Of a stretch of DNA of 64,000 nucleotides, positions 26,297-38,842 are shown in pieces. The position numbers and the translations under genes are program-made. Each line of letters opens with the position of its first letter. The stretch's first letter is position 1. The notes beneath the pieces are model-generated. The model searched no databases and was not told where the DNA came from. It worked only from the letters and a program-made list of their open reading frames with translations. Source of the DNA: Camelus dromedarius (Eukaryota); the NCBI RefSeq assembly GCF_036321535.1, contig NC_087436.1, positions 34,474,001 to 34,538,000 on the forward strand. Reading direction: 5' to 3'.

Positions 26297-26774
26297 TGTG
26301 GCACAGGCTGAATAAGGCTCCGTTCTTCCCTGCTAAAGCTAGCCACATCCTAATTTCTGGAACCTGTGATTCTCACCTTACAAGGGACAGGGATGTTACA
26401 CGTGTGATTAAATTAAGGATCCTGCATGAGTGGCCTAGATTATCCACATGGGACCAATCATAAGGGTTCTTATAAGAGGGAGGCCAGATGGTCAGAAGAA
26501 GGAGATGAAGTGATAACAGAAGCTGTGAAGAGGTGATGTGATGCTGGGTTACAGCCTAAGGAAGGGAGGTCGACTCTAGGAGGTGAAAAAAGTAAGGAAA
26601 TGGATTCTCCTCTACAGCCTTCAGAGGGAACAAAGCCAGCTGATGCCTTGACTTTAGCTCCATGAGACACATTTCAGAATTCTAACCTCCAGAACTGGAA
26701 GAGTATAAGTTTCAGTTGTTTTTAGCTACATAATTTGTGGTGATTTGTTACAGCAGCAATAGAAGACTGATACA
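26297..26774 (+). mobile_element. MLT1 (MaLR) solo LTR, MLT1D-like
   Basis: TGTGG..CATCCTAATTTCTGGAACCTGTGA..GATTCTCCTCTACAGCCTTCAGAGGGA..TTTGTTACAGCAGCAATAGAAGACTGATACA; flanks CGCTTC / TGCTTC. Confidence 0.92.
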
Positions 26775-27939
26775 TGCTTCTTTGGTACCTATTACTTCTA
26801 AGTCCTAGCAACCAGAGTTCAGTGGCCATGTATTCATACTCCCTCCCTCACAAGAGGTCCTCCCACCAGCAAGGTTCTGAGAAAGCAGACTTTTCTTCTT
26901 GTATATTTATAATACACCCAGCTCAGTGGTAGGCAGAAGATAGCTAATATACTGCAGATTATCTATATTCATATTATAATTAATAATTGAATAGCATTAA
27001 AACTACAGCACTTAAGGTTCTAAACAAAGTCAGAATTCTATTGCATTTAAACATGTAAAAACATGTAAAAATGTTCCATTTGTGTAGCACAAAATTGCAA
27101 AGTGTTCAGAAGTATAGGGTCTCATTTGCTCCTCACAATAACTTGATTAGTTATTAGTTTATTAGGCTGCCCAGACACTGGTATCCCCACTGAAAAGATA
27201 AAGAAGCTACAAAGTAAAGGTAAGTCAACCACCCTATACTACAAATGAATCAAACAAGAACCCAAATCCACAGCTTCTGATTAAAAATTTACTCCTCTTT
27301 TTATAATCTGATTAAAAATTCACCTTCTTTGTCACATATAGATATGTTTCACTTATATCTTCCTGTTTGTTCTCATAATTTATAGCACATGGGAAGCATT
27401 TTATCAAAAGAAACAGCCTCCCATGATCCCACAGCTAATTATGATTTAACAAAACTGAGTTAAGACCAAATCAACCATACATAAAATGAATCTTGCACGC
27501 TGGTCTTGGGTTGTTGTCAAAGACAAGATATCCCTCAGCAACACTGTTCAATAATGTAAAATGTCACATTGCAGGTAGTGTAAACAATGCATAGCAGTGG
27601 CACGAGGTCTCCAAGGTGATGAAGTAGAATTTTTCATCCATAAATCTGGGAAGAGAGGGAGCATCTTAATGAAGAAGCCAAGAAATATTAGATAGTTTTT
27701 AAAATGCATACTATAAGCACTAGTCCTGCTGTAATGCACAAAATTAATGGGTGAATAGTTTCAGTACTACTGAAGGGTCTTTCATACTCCTGTACACATT
27801 CTTATAATATGCTTATTTGTATTATAATATGCTAATTCAAACTATAGAACTTTTTTAAATATTCACAGAGGAGATGAGGTATCAACATTGTAAGCAAAGA
27901 AAAAGTCCAGGACAGCCAATCATAGACGGAAAAGTTCAG

Positions 27940-28210
27940 GGTCATTTCAGAAAATGGATAATTCCACTTAATTTATATGAAAGATGAGTGAAAGGGAGCA
28001 GTTGAAAATAAGATGGTAAAAGAAGACTGGGCGAGGACTCGAATGAATTATATACATACATTATATTTGTAGGCAGTGGATATTTTCAGTGTGTGGGCCT
28101 GACAAGACCATGATTTAGAAAGATTTTTCTGAATGGAATGGATGTAGAATGACTTAGAAGGGAAAAGATTGGAGATGGGGTGATTACTATAGTAGTTCAG
28201 ACAGGATAAC
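27940..28210 (-). mobile_element. Diverged L2 fragment
   Basis: TGTAGGCAGTGG..GATTTAGAAAGATT..GATTACTATAGTAGTTCAG motifs. Confidence 0.5.
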
Positions 28211-28256
28211 ATAAGCGTAGGATGTTATTTCCATTTCTGATGGCATAATAAGTCAT

Positions 28257-28480
28257 GATAGCTAACATGAATACAGCACCAATGATGGAGCACACACTTT
28301 TCTAAGCACTTAGATAAGATTATTCATTTAATCTTCACAACTAATTTATGAGTAGTGATTATTTTATCCCCATTTCACAGGCAAGAAAACTGAGGCATAT
28401 AGATGTTAATAGATCTACCCAATGTCACACAAGTAACTGATAAGGCTCCCAGTCTTCATAGTGGTAGTCTAACTTTAGCA
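28257..28480 (-). mobile_element. MIR SINE
   Basis: TCATTTAATCTTCACAAC..ATCCCCATTTCACAGGCAAGAAAACTGAGGCA. Confidence 0.88.
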
Positions 28481-31400
28481 GTTATAATTCTATACAGTGC
28501 TCATAGGTAATAAAAAAATACAAATTTGTAAGCACAAAATAGAACCTTTTGATAACTATTTAGCAAATCATTCCATTCTATATATGCATATGTTACATAT
28601 TATATTTTATTTTTATTATTGCTTTGAAAGAATGCATCTAGGCTCATTAGAAAAAAGCTAAATACTTGAGAGAAACAGTGTTCATGGTCTGTTGTTCATT
28701 ATCATCACTCCTTTCTTGTTACTATTTCAGTGGTGTTTATTGAGCACTTACTATGGCACTGTGACCTTCACTGAGAGACACAGTTCTTGAGCTCATGGAG
28801 CACAAGCTTTTGTTAGGGTTTAGGGTCTCTGTATCCCATTACTGTTGGTGGCTTGCTGTATTCTTTGGAGAATAATTGTTACTATACGTGTCTGAATGTT
28901 CAAACTGGTATCCTTTTTGTTTCTATTATGTTTAAAGCATTAACATACTGTGCTATAGACAAGACAAGGTCAAGGTTATAAGATGCCAGGTCTCAGCCAC
29001 TGTCAATGTGTCAGTGGTGCTCAGAAGCCTGCTGGGACTCTGTCATCTCTTTATTATCTCCACCTCACCTTTAGGGCGACATGATGCTAATGCTGCAGGT
29101 TCTGTAAAGTACATACACAAATCACAGATTGTATGCAGCTGAAAATTACTTTTAATGTTACTTATCATTATTGACATTGTGTAATCTTACCTACTGAAAA
29201 AAATCTAATTCTTAGCAACATAACCTAAGAGTTTGAGTGTTAAAAGTTTTATGATATTGAAATTGAACTGCCTAAAATTGCTTTGCTTTTATATTACTTC
29301 TTTGGCCACTGTGTACTTTGAACTCTTTATTTGATGAGCAACTGCTTCTCTAAAGTTCTTTTTGCTTAAAGCTAAGATACATTTAGAGACACTGAATGTA
29401 TATGACTTATTGGGCATTTTTCGCTTTGAGCATTTTTTGAATAAGTCAAAAACTGTGACATTTTCATACCTACTCTGTGTTCACCTCACTTTTAAGCTTT
29501 TTTCTTAATTAAATATCCTTCTTGTATCTGTGAAGATTTTTTTTCACTTATATGTTCCTCACGTTCATTCTTCCAACTTTCGCACACACAGAAAACGTTT
29601 TATGAATAAGATTACACAAAATTTAAATAACAAAAGCTTCCGAAAATGTTTTGAAGAAATATATAAATATCTGAAGCTCGATTATGCACGTATCCAAATC
29701 CTGAAGACTTCATTTTTTCATAAATATTTACTATTTCACATTGCTAGACCATGCAAATTCAGTAATAGAAGTCTCATAGTTCAAAAGTAGAAAATAAAAT
29801 TATTGTTGTCAGAGCTAGGCAGTCCCTGAGACTTAATATAAAAATAACTTTTCCCAGTAACTTTATAGATTCCCTGAAACTACTCAATTATGAAAGAAAT
29901 CATTATTTTTCCTTCCAGAATTGCTTCTTTTATAATAGAAAGTAAGGCATAAATAATTTTCCCCCATTATCTTTCTTTATAGAGTCTTGATTTGCATTTG
30001 GCTAGTGCACTATTTAACAATCTTAATTGGATCATTCTTTTATTCAACTAAAAATAGCTATTGAAACATTATATATAATCATTTTGTACCAGACCAGGCA
30101 AGTCATTTGTGAAAGAACAAATCCTTCTATAAGCAATGTCACGTAGTCCAGTACACTTGAGGAAAATGACCAGTTGTGAATAACAGGTCCACAGAGAAAA
30201 TTGTATTTTTAAAAAATAAGTCTAGAAAGGAAAGAAAAAAGAACTTTAGGTATCTGGTACATTAATCTTCAAGAAAATACGGAGATATATATTTTGTTTT
30301 GAGGATAATTTTTACCCTGTGAATATTTCACATTACTTTTTTATATGAGAGAAAAAAATTACTTTCACTCAAGTTATTACTGCTGACAGCATATTATATG
30401 AGAAGACATTATATTGTGAAACAGCAAAACGTTTCCTATCTCAAAGCAGTTTCAAAGATGGAAGGAAATTACATTTCTTTCACTTTCTATTCCAATTTCT
30501 AATCACTAATTTCTGCAATCAGGTATGAAGGTGATGAACTGTGGAATTGGGAAATTTCATTTTCCAGCAATCTACTCATAAAAAGGCATGCAAAAGAAAT
30601 CCATTAACCTTTCTTCAAAAGTAACAGAAGGAAGCTAACTTTTGTCTGAGTGGCAGTTGGATTAAGCTCCAAAAGCCCAAATGCAAAGGGTTCTTTTCTA
30701 AGGAAACAGAAGTTTTTCTTTCTACAAAATTTTCCACAAGAACGAACTTTCTACAGGAAATGACTCACATGGGAGACTCTCAAGCTTGGGTTGGGTTACC
30801 TTAAAGGATTAAAAACTTATAATGAATAATAAGTTGTGGTTTTATTTAATTCTATCCTAAAATACATTTCCCATTGAGCTCTACACCTTCTTACCTACTC
30901 TTCGTTTCTTCAGGATTCTCATGGGATGTCAGCTCCTTCATAATGTTGTTTTTGATTCATCCAGCTTTTCATAAGAAGTTAGGTGGTTTTCTTCTTTGTT
31001 CCCTCCCAAAATCTGGTTCTTAATTCTAATATAATTCTTACCAGACTACATTCATTTTCTTATATCTCCATATTGAATTCCAAAATACAAATTTCTCCAG
31101 ACATGGATACTGTCTTCCATTCATTCATCTCCACAGCTAGTGTTTTATCAGGGGTTTTCCCCAAAGTCAACTCAGAGTCAGGGATTCAAGTGCAAGTAGT
31201 TTATTTGGGAAGTGCAGACAACTCTGGTTAGAAAAATGGGGTAAGTGACACAGAATAGGGTAAATTATTAAGTGGTGAACTATGAAATGTACCACTATAT
31301 GCCAATGCAAGGGGAAACTTGAGAAAATGATCCAAAACCTAGCCCTGGGAATTATCTTGCCTGAGGAGGGAGGAAGTTGGGTAACTGAACAATAACTGAG

Positions 31401-31494
31401 AGGATCTGACCCAGGACTGCTAGTTCCTTGGCACCTCCAGACCACTGCCCGCAATCATAGGCACCACAGCTTTTTGGTTTTCAAAGAAAAAGAG

Positions 31495-31578
31495 GGTGGG
31501 TCGTAGCTCAGTGGTGGAGTGCCTTCTTAGCGTGCATGAGTCCTGGGGTCAATCCTCAGTACCTCTGATAAAAAGGAA
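31495..31578 (+). mobile_element. Vic-1-like SINE inserted in the ERVL LTR
   Basis: TAGCTCAGTGGTGGAGTGCCTTCTTAGCGTGCATGAGTCCTGGGGTCAATCCTCAGTACCTC; 12-bp TSD AAAGAAAAAGAG at 31483-31494 and 31579-31590. Confidence 0.9.
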
Positions 31579-34036
31579 AAAGAAAAAGAGCCCTCAGGTA
31601 CACATCTGCAGACATTGGCACCCAGAAGCCTATCCTAACACACAAAAAGTTTCAACAGATGTGAAACACATAGTGGAGGTTAGAATCTGCATTTTGTACT
31701 GTTTAGATCCATTCATGGGTCATGTTAAATTCACTCTCTCCTATAACAGCTTCTTTAATATGGTTGCCAGGCACAATTTCCAAGGAGTGGGAGATAGAAT
31801 AAAGGAGGGTTAGTGGGACAAGTTACAGTTCTCACTCCTCCTTTACCACCCATTCCAGATTCCCCTCAGTGTCAGTCACCACGCGTGTTCTTCTGAAACG
31901 CTTGCCCTGTGGTGTACTGCTGACCTCATGTCTGAGGAGGTGGTCTTTGCTATCACGTCCTTGTCAGCCTCAAGTTGCTACAGGTGCCCATTTATGATGG
32001 TGACTAGACATAGAGACACAAAAGAGCTCCCACGCAAATCTCTCTCCCAACAGCAGCGTCTGATCTCCTCCTAATCATCAGGGTCAATTTCCTATTCTGG
32101 CATAAGAACTCCTTCTTTGCCTGCTGGTTTACTGACCAGTCCGGTGTAACCATACCTTTCATTTTAGCATGCTACATTTAGTGGTGCTACGATCTCTCTG
32201 AGGCAACTTATCTTTGTTTTGTGCTACAATACCTCCTCTGCCGTGAATGTTCTTTAGTGAAAATCGGTGAGAGACGCAGAGATTCACCATCTCTGTGCCT
32301 AACCCTACAGGTGCATCCACGTGTTTCCCCACAAGAACTGCTTGTCTCATGTTTAAACATTATTTCAGGTCCCTAGTCAATCAGCTAAGCCATTTGCTGC
32401 TGCTCAGGATTTATCTGAGGTCTGCTCTCCCTCTACACAGATTTATTTGAAGCTCTGACACTGAGCTCTCTCTCTCCCCTCACTGTCACTCAGAGGCACA
32501 CTTTAGGGGGACTCTCACAGAACAGCAGTGCATCTAAGTTTGTGCCGATATGTCTACCCAGTCATTATGAATCAGGCCTCAGTTCTTCTCCTAAGGGGCC
32601 ACAGGTAGAAGCTGTGGGAGGGGCACTCGTGAGACGGCGTGGTCACCTGCATTGTAAGTTATTTGTGCCCACTAATCTGACTGGGCCTGATTCACAATGT
32701 TTAATTTCAATTGTGTGATGGATTGCTTTCCATCTGATCACCTCTGAGATTTGGTGGTTTTTATAATACTTGGCTCATGAAGGGCAGCTCTGGTTGCAAA
32801 GTCACTTAATGCCTCATGCTCAGTTGCCCGGCATGTACTAGGGCTGAATAGCAAGTCAGGAGCTGCTTTTAAAACAGTGAATACTTCTTTGAAGCAGCTG
32901 GTATGTCCTTGCCCTAAAACCCCTCCAGGGTCTGTGCTATGACACTTTTATTAGGGCTTGTCAGATATTTTAGGACAGCTTTTTAATGTGCCAGATAATT
33001 TTAAACTGACAGCTTTCCAAATCTTTTGATAAATGGGGATGGAGCTATATTTTCAAGTGTGATGTGTGCTCTCTTCAAAATACGAAGAAGCCTCCCAAAC
33101 TCTGTGTCTTTTTCTTAGCGGCAGTGGGCGCAAGGTGTCGTAGCTGGTCCTTTATCTTGGAGGGGATAATCTTGACATACCTGTAATGTCTGGACACTTA
33201 AAAACTATACTTGTGTGACATATTCTGGAACTTTTTATGATTTATCTTCTACCCTATGATACACATGGTTTTACCAGGGCATCCAGTGCACTTGCTACTT
33301 GCTTTTAGGTCAGATTAACATGGTGCCCTCAGTGCAGTATATCAGTGTGATATAATATGAAATGTCCAGGTGATCAAAGTCCCTTCTGACTTTGTGATAA
33401 GCGGTGAGAGTTAACATCAGCCAGTGACAAAACTGAATCTATAGTGCTGTTCATTTCAGGTGGATGTAAATGATTCTGAGTCTCCATGACAGGGACTGAA
33501 AGAATGTATTTGCTTAATCAATATCCAGATACCCAACTACCAGAGTTTATGTAGTATCTTCTAGTAAAGATACCGCATACAATATAACAGCTGTGATCAG
33601 GACTACTACTTGAATAATTTATGGTACTTGAACTGTCGTTGCTGTAATCCATGTGACCTTATTTTAGGGACCAGGCTAGTAAAATAGAGATGGTAATTAG
33701 AACTATGACCCCTGGATCCTTTTATTAAGAGTGGCATTAATCTTAACCATTCTACCCAGAGTACAGCATTTCTTTTTATTTGCCACATTGGCCAGAGAAA
33801 AGAGAGTAGTGTGAAGGCTTCCTCTTGGCCATTCCTACCATTATGACTTTTACTCCAGAGGACAAGAAACCAGTGTGTGAATCAAGCCAGCAGTGAAGTA
33901 TACACATCCAGGGGAAGCACCTGGTAGGCCTGGAGAACCAAATGGCACACTGTGGGACAGGCTTTGGCCAGGATCCCATTTATCACCTGGCTTCTAGATG
34001 TCCCCCCCTCTAACAGTAGGGCCATAATGGTGTTTT

Positions 34037-35647
34037 GAGTCTCCAAGTATTATTTTTATCTTAGATTCTGTATTCAAAAATTCTAAAAAGTAAAGTATAC
34101 TTATTTTCCCAGTGTATATAATATATAACATTCTGACAAATGACTAAAGGTTCCTTTGGGTATTATTGAGGGAAAACATTATTCAATATACTTGTGATGG
34201 TGTTTTGGGTTCTTTTGCAGGATGAACTGGCCTCCACGTTCAATGATGAGCTAGGGGTGATAAGACTGCCCCATATGTGGAAACTGGATGAGACATCGTG
34301 GTTTTCCATTGTGGTTTCAGTTCTCTCAGTCTTGATATTTTTGATTATGTAAGTCAGGGGAAAGGCTTGTCATCTTTAACTCTATCTCAGCTCTTGGGAC
34401 ATCACGACATGTTAACCTGCAAGTCAGGTTCCTTCAGATGACATCCACTTTGCTTCCAGCAGTTAAATGCTATCACATGACCCCTACTCTTCCAGAGCTG
34501 TAGTACCTCCATTGCCCCTAGAGAGCCCAGTACCATAGAGGTTTACCCGACTGTCAACCCTGACTTACAAGAAATAGCCAGCAGTGAGCTTCTTAATAAA
34601 TCTAGTGCCCTTCTCACCACTGTTGTTGTTATAGTAAAGTAGGTGTCTCTGGTCTCTATTAAGGGATAGAGTTAGCTGGTCTTTGGGAATAAGCCCTTTC
34701 ACTCTTCCCCTTTTGTTCCTTCCTTAATACTCTATCAAGACATTATAGCCGAGCATCCTAATGAACCATTCCCAGGAAGCTTCTAATGTTTCCTGGCAGT
34801 AGATAGAAGTTAGCCATGGCCCTGAGCTCTGTTAGTGATAACTATTTTCCTTCTGAAGGAGGAAAAATGCTTCCCCTGGGCCATGCTGAAACATGATCCT
34901 CATTATTTGCCTAGAATCTCCAAGGAGAGATGAGGTCAAACCTCAAAGAGAAACGCTATCATTGTTTGAAGCATCTGCCTCCTGCAAAGCCTCTGCATGG
35001 TCTCCAGACAAGGGTAACCTTCCATCCTTGAGTGGGAGGCAGTGGGTGGCTTCTGCAGACCGAGGTCACTCACATCGGCTGGAGGTTCAAAGTTGTTAAG
35101 TACATGCACACAGATGTTCTTGTCCAAATTTCAGGGTCCTGGGACTTCTGTATCATAGTCATTACTTTAGCAACAAAGGCCTGCTGGGACTGGGAAAGAG
35201 AAAAAAAAGCAAAATGAACACTGTAATTTTGCTTGACTCACAATCTGATCCTGGGCCTTGTTTTTATGCCTGTAAGCTACCAACTACAGGCCACGGGGGT
35301 CTTTGGCTCTTATGTGCAGAACTTCTGGCTCTTACATTGTTATCTAAATTGGTGATTGGCTAAACTCAATCTGTCCTTTCCTTTTCTTACTGTATCGTTG
35401 GCACTTAATGAGAGTCAACTAACTCCATAAATCTGGAGTCTCCAAGTATATTTTTATCTTAGATTCTGTATTCAAATATTCTAAAAATTTAAGTATACTT
35501 ATTTCCCCAGGGCATATATTATATGATATTCTGATAAATGACAAAAAGTTCCTTTGGGGAATATTGGGAGGAATCACTACTCCATATGCTTGCAATGGTG
35601 TTTTGGGTTCTTTTGCAAGATGAACTCCACTTTCAACGATGATCTGG
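34037..35647 (+). repeat. Imperfect direct duplication, ~215 bp (34037-34255 and 35436-35647)
   Basis: Both copies start GAGTCTCCAAGTAT and share TTTTTATCTTAGATTCTGTATTCAAA and ATGGTGTTTTGGGTTCTTTTGCA.GATGAACT. Confidence 0.95.
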
Positions 35648-37769
35648 AAATTCCCATTATTATCGTATGATCTGAATGTTTGAAAAACTACATAATCAGC
35701 ACATCCCCCTTGATCTCAAGCCTATTTCAATTCACTCCAGATAAGATAGAATAATTTCAATAATAGCATTCCAGGGGTTATATTCCCAGAATGAGCCTCT
35801 CGTCATTTGACTATAGTGATCCAGGAACTGCTTTTGAGGACTATTCCAGTCAACTGCCTTAGTGTGGGTTCTTTCAGAGCCAGATCCAGAGACAGGAATT
35901 CGAGGTCAGGTAATTACTTGGAAGTGCAAAGAGCTTAATACTTGAAAGTGAGGGACTTCATACAGGAAAGGGAGAGTTGTCAGTAGTGGTGAGGTATTAT
36001 AAGTGCATCAGAGCTATTTATGTGGGCCTAGAGCACCATATAATTCTGAGGAAAAATGAAAATCGTATCTCTAAAAATTATTCTACCCAAAGAATAAGGG
36101 ACCTTGGCTATTCATACACCAGCTCCAGACAGTCATTCATTGAGAGCTGCTGGTAGTGGTAATGATGGTGAGTTCCAAGCATGAGTGTTACATCTTTCAG
36201 CAGTTTCAAGGAGAAAGAAAAACCTCTCAGGCACAAAGACAAACATGTTGGCATGTTTAATACATTTGAAAAGGGGGCAATGAGAAAGGCATAGAGAGCA
36301 TCTGCTGTACATTGCACGTGGGATAAGTGCAGAAAAAGTCATGACTACCATTAACAGTTGTCGGATGCCTGGCTCTGTGGATGTTAGTTTTCATAGGAAG
36401 GCAATTAAACATTTCTAAAGACATTGTATTCAAATGTAAACATTATTAAAGTACAAGGAGTTAAATGCAAAATGTAATGCAAAAACGTGGCTTCCGGAAG
36501 GATAGCATGGGTTTTGATACATGGAATCAAAGGCCTTCTATGTATGAGGATTGGCAGGAATAAAGGCAGGAGCACAGGAAAAGCTGAACACATTTGGTGA
36601 AATGTTTAGTAGTCAAGTTTGTCAGGTAATTGTTGAGAATACAGCGCCTAAAAGTCTCAAGGATCATCATAGAATTCAGACACACAAAAGTATAAATTTT
36701 GTTAAATTGTAGAAAAATCATGTATTATTTATCAATGATAAAAGCAAAATTAAATACAAATATTTATATTAAATATTACATGTAAGTTCTAGATTTATTA
36801 TCTTTGATAGTACTTTTATCTGCAGTGGGTATTATACTGTGCTTCGTTTCATGCAACTAAATAATGTGTCTTCTACCAGAAACTATGGTGCTGTGGCCAC
36901 CTAACTTGTTAGCCAGGAAGTAGGGTAAAATCTCAGAGCCTTCACAATTTATGAGGCAAAGGGAATGAAAGGCTCCAATGTGTAAAGACTTACGCCTGAA
37001 TCTGGGAAGGTTTTAAACCATTCACATTCACTTGAAGTAGGGAAAGGAAATTAGGGTTCTATTTGTAAGAAAGTAGGTATTTGGAGATGGCTATTGGATG
37101 AATAATGACAACAAAACACACATACACTCACATAATTTTCCATAAGGCTAATAAATACCTTGTAAGATAATTTTGATTATCAGATGTATATTTAATAATT
37201 CTAGTTATTTAATAGATATTTAATAAGTACAAATATTCTTTTATAAAAGTGGCTTATGGCATGATTATTTGCTTTTCAGAATAATTTATGAATATATAAA
37301 GTAACATAAAAATTTAAAGTCCACATATAAAATATAAATTAAATATCCATTTTTGTTTCACAATGGCTGAACAAATGCAAGGGTTTTTTTTAAATCTCCC
37401 TTTTGCAGAATCTCACTTGATAAGAGAAGGAACATAAAAATTAAATGAATCTTTACCAGTATTGGAAGGAAGCCATTAGCAGATGAAAAGGAGGAAGAAT
37501 TTCTGAGAATGTGAATTAAATGAGAATAAGTTAGATTGATGATCAATTCTAGTGAAATGAAGATGCTTGCAAAATTGGGTTGACAGTGTTATTTTTAATT
37601 ATTTGGAATTCTGTGGAATGAAACGTTCAGAACCATTCTTATGTATAAAAAAATTGTCATAAGATTTGTATTTGTACTTGGAACAAAAGTAATGTACATT
37701 TCCAATTCATACCCTTGCATAACAACTAATTCTTGGTAAATCTAAGATCTGAATGAAAAATATCCTAGT

Positions 37770-38130
37770 AGCATAGGGAGCAATACAATAAAGAAGATGA
37801 CTTTATTCTGTGCGTAGTAGAAGATTTTCAAAAGAAAAAAAAATCTGTCTTTAAAAAATATACTTTGTATGTGGAGGGCCTTCCAAAAAGGGGGGAAAAA
37901 GAGCTGTTAAGAACAATTAGCTGAATAAAAGCAAAGTTTTGTGCATGTCAAAATTTATCATAGTTGATGTCCAAATAAAGCCATAGATTGAAAGAACGTT
38001 TGAAACTCCTACAAATCAACTTGAAAAAGATAAATGACTTAATAGATAAATTTGCAAAGGAATGAAAAGGTAATTATAAAAGACATTGAAAATAGGAAAA
38101 GATGCTTAAATGTGTTGGCAGTTAAAAAAA
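37770..38130 (+). mobile_element. Old L1 fragment (ORF2 3' region)
   Basis: AAACTCCTACAAATCAAC..AATAGATAAATTTGCAAAGGAATGAAAAG..GAAAAGATGCTTAA. Confidence 0.6.
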
Positions 38131-38206
38131 TGAGATTTTGAATTAATTATTTGGGCCAAAATATAGACATAGACATCTAAAGACACAAGTTTAAAAACTC
38201 TAAGGA

Positions 38207-38344
38207 TTTTAATAACCTTTAATGAAAAAACATGAAGACGAATATATGTATGTATATGCATGCCTGGGACATTGTGCTGTGCACCGGAGATTGACACGTT
38301 GTAACTGACTGTACTTCAAAAAAAAAAAAAAGAAAGAAAAAAGA
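38207..38344 (+). mobile_element. Young 5'-truncated L1 3' end with poly(A) and TSD
   Basis: ..TGTGCTGTGCACCGGAGATTGACACGTTGTAACTGACTGTACTTCA(n); TSD AAAAACTCTAAGGA (38193-38206) / AAAAACCCTAAGGA (38345-38358); TT/AAAA endonuclease site. Confidence 0.9.
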
Positions 38345-38749
38345 AAAAACCCTAAGGAAAAAGCATAATAGTCATCTCAGAAATCACAACAGTGGCAGTG
38401 GGTAGGAAAATGCTGTACAACTGGCTATGCTCAGTGGTTCTAAGTTACTGCAATGCTTATTTCTTACCCTGAGTCCTGTATGATTATAGAACAAAAAGAA
38501 AAAAGGTAGTAATTGACATTCTTCTACTAGATGGAATCACAGAGAAAAATTGCATTTCAAGACAGGGATAAAGTTATAGCTATTATATAATCTATATAGC
38601 TATTTTATATGGTTCTAATTTATATATATTTTACTTATACATACATAAATATATGTTTATACATAGCTATAATACAGCCATTATGGTGGAAAGTTTTTAC
38701 ATGGAAAGCATCTTATTTATTCCACATCTTATTTGTATCCTTAAGTAGA

Positions 38750-38842
38750 AATACGTGTGTGTACATGTGTGTATATATACACATGTACATATCCTTGTAT
38801 AAATGTGTATATATATATCTATATATATATATGTATGCATGT
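38750..38842. repeat. Imperfect (TA/TG)n microsatellite
   Basis: GTGTGTGTACATGTGTGTATATATACAC..ATATATATATATG. Confidence 0.85.

Larger units (their letters stand above)
31141..36311 (-). mobile_element. Decayed ERVL provirus: LTR - gag - pro - pol - LTR
   Basis: Two same-orientation LTR-like blocks (~31141-31700 and ~35855-36311). Minus-strand translations: protease FLNTESKIKIILGDSKHHYG (~34020-34085), RT VSLLEDTT*TLVVGYLDID*ANTFF (~33500-33575) and ITLIYCTEGTMLI (~33313-33352), RNase H-like segment (~32450-32595), in gag-pro-RT-RNase H order; many stops and frameshifts. Confidence 0.85.

Noticed and set aside
27276..27330. Two copies of TCTGATTAAAAATT 31 bp apart
   Set aside because: Small local slippage duplication at the end of a degraded MIR-like fragment; no functional evidence
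37385..37515. Acceptor TCTCCCTTTTGCAG followed by a purine-rich stretch as a coding exon
   Set aside because: All three frames hit stops within about 40 nt and no good donor follows
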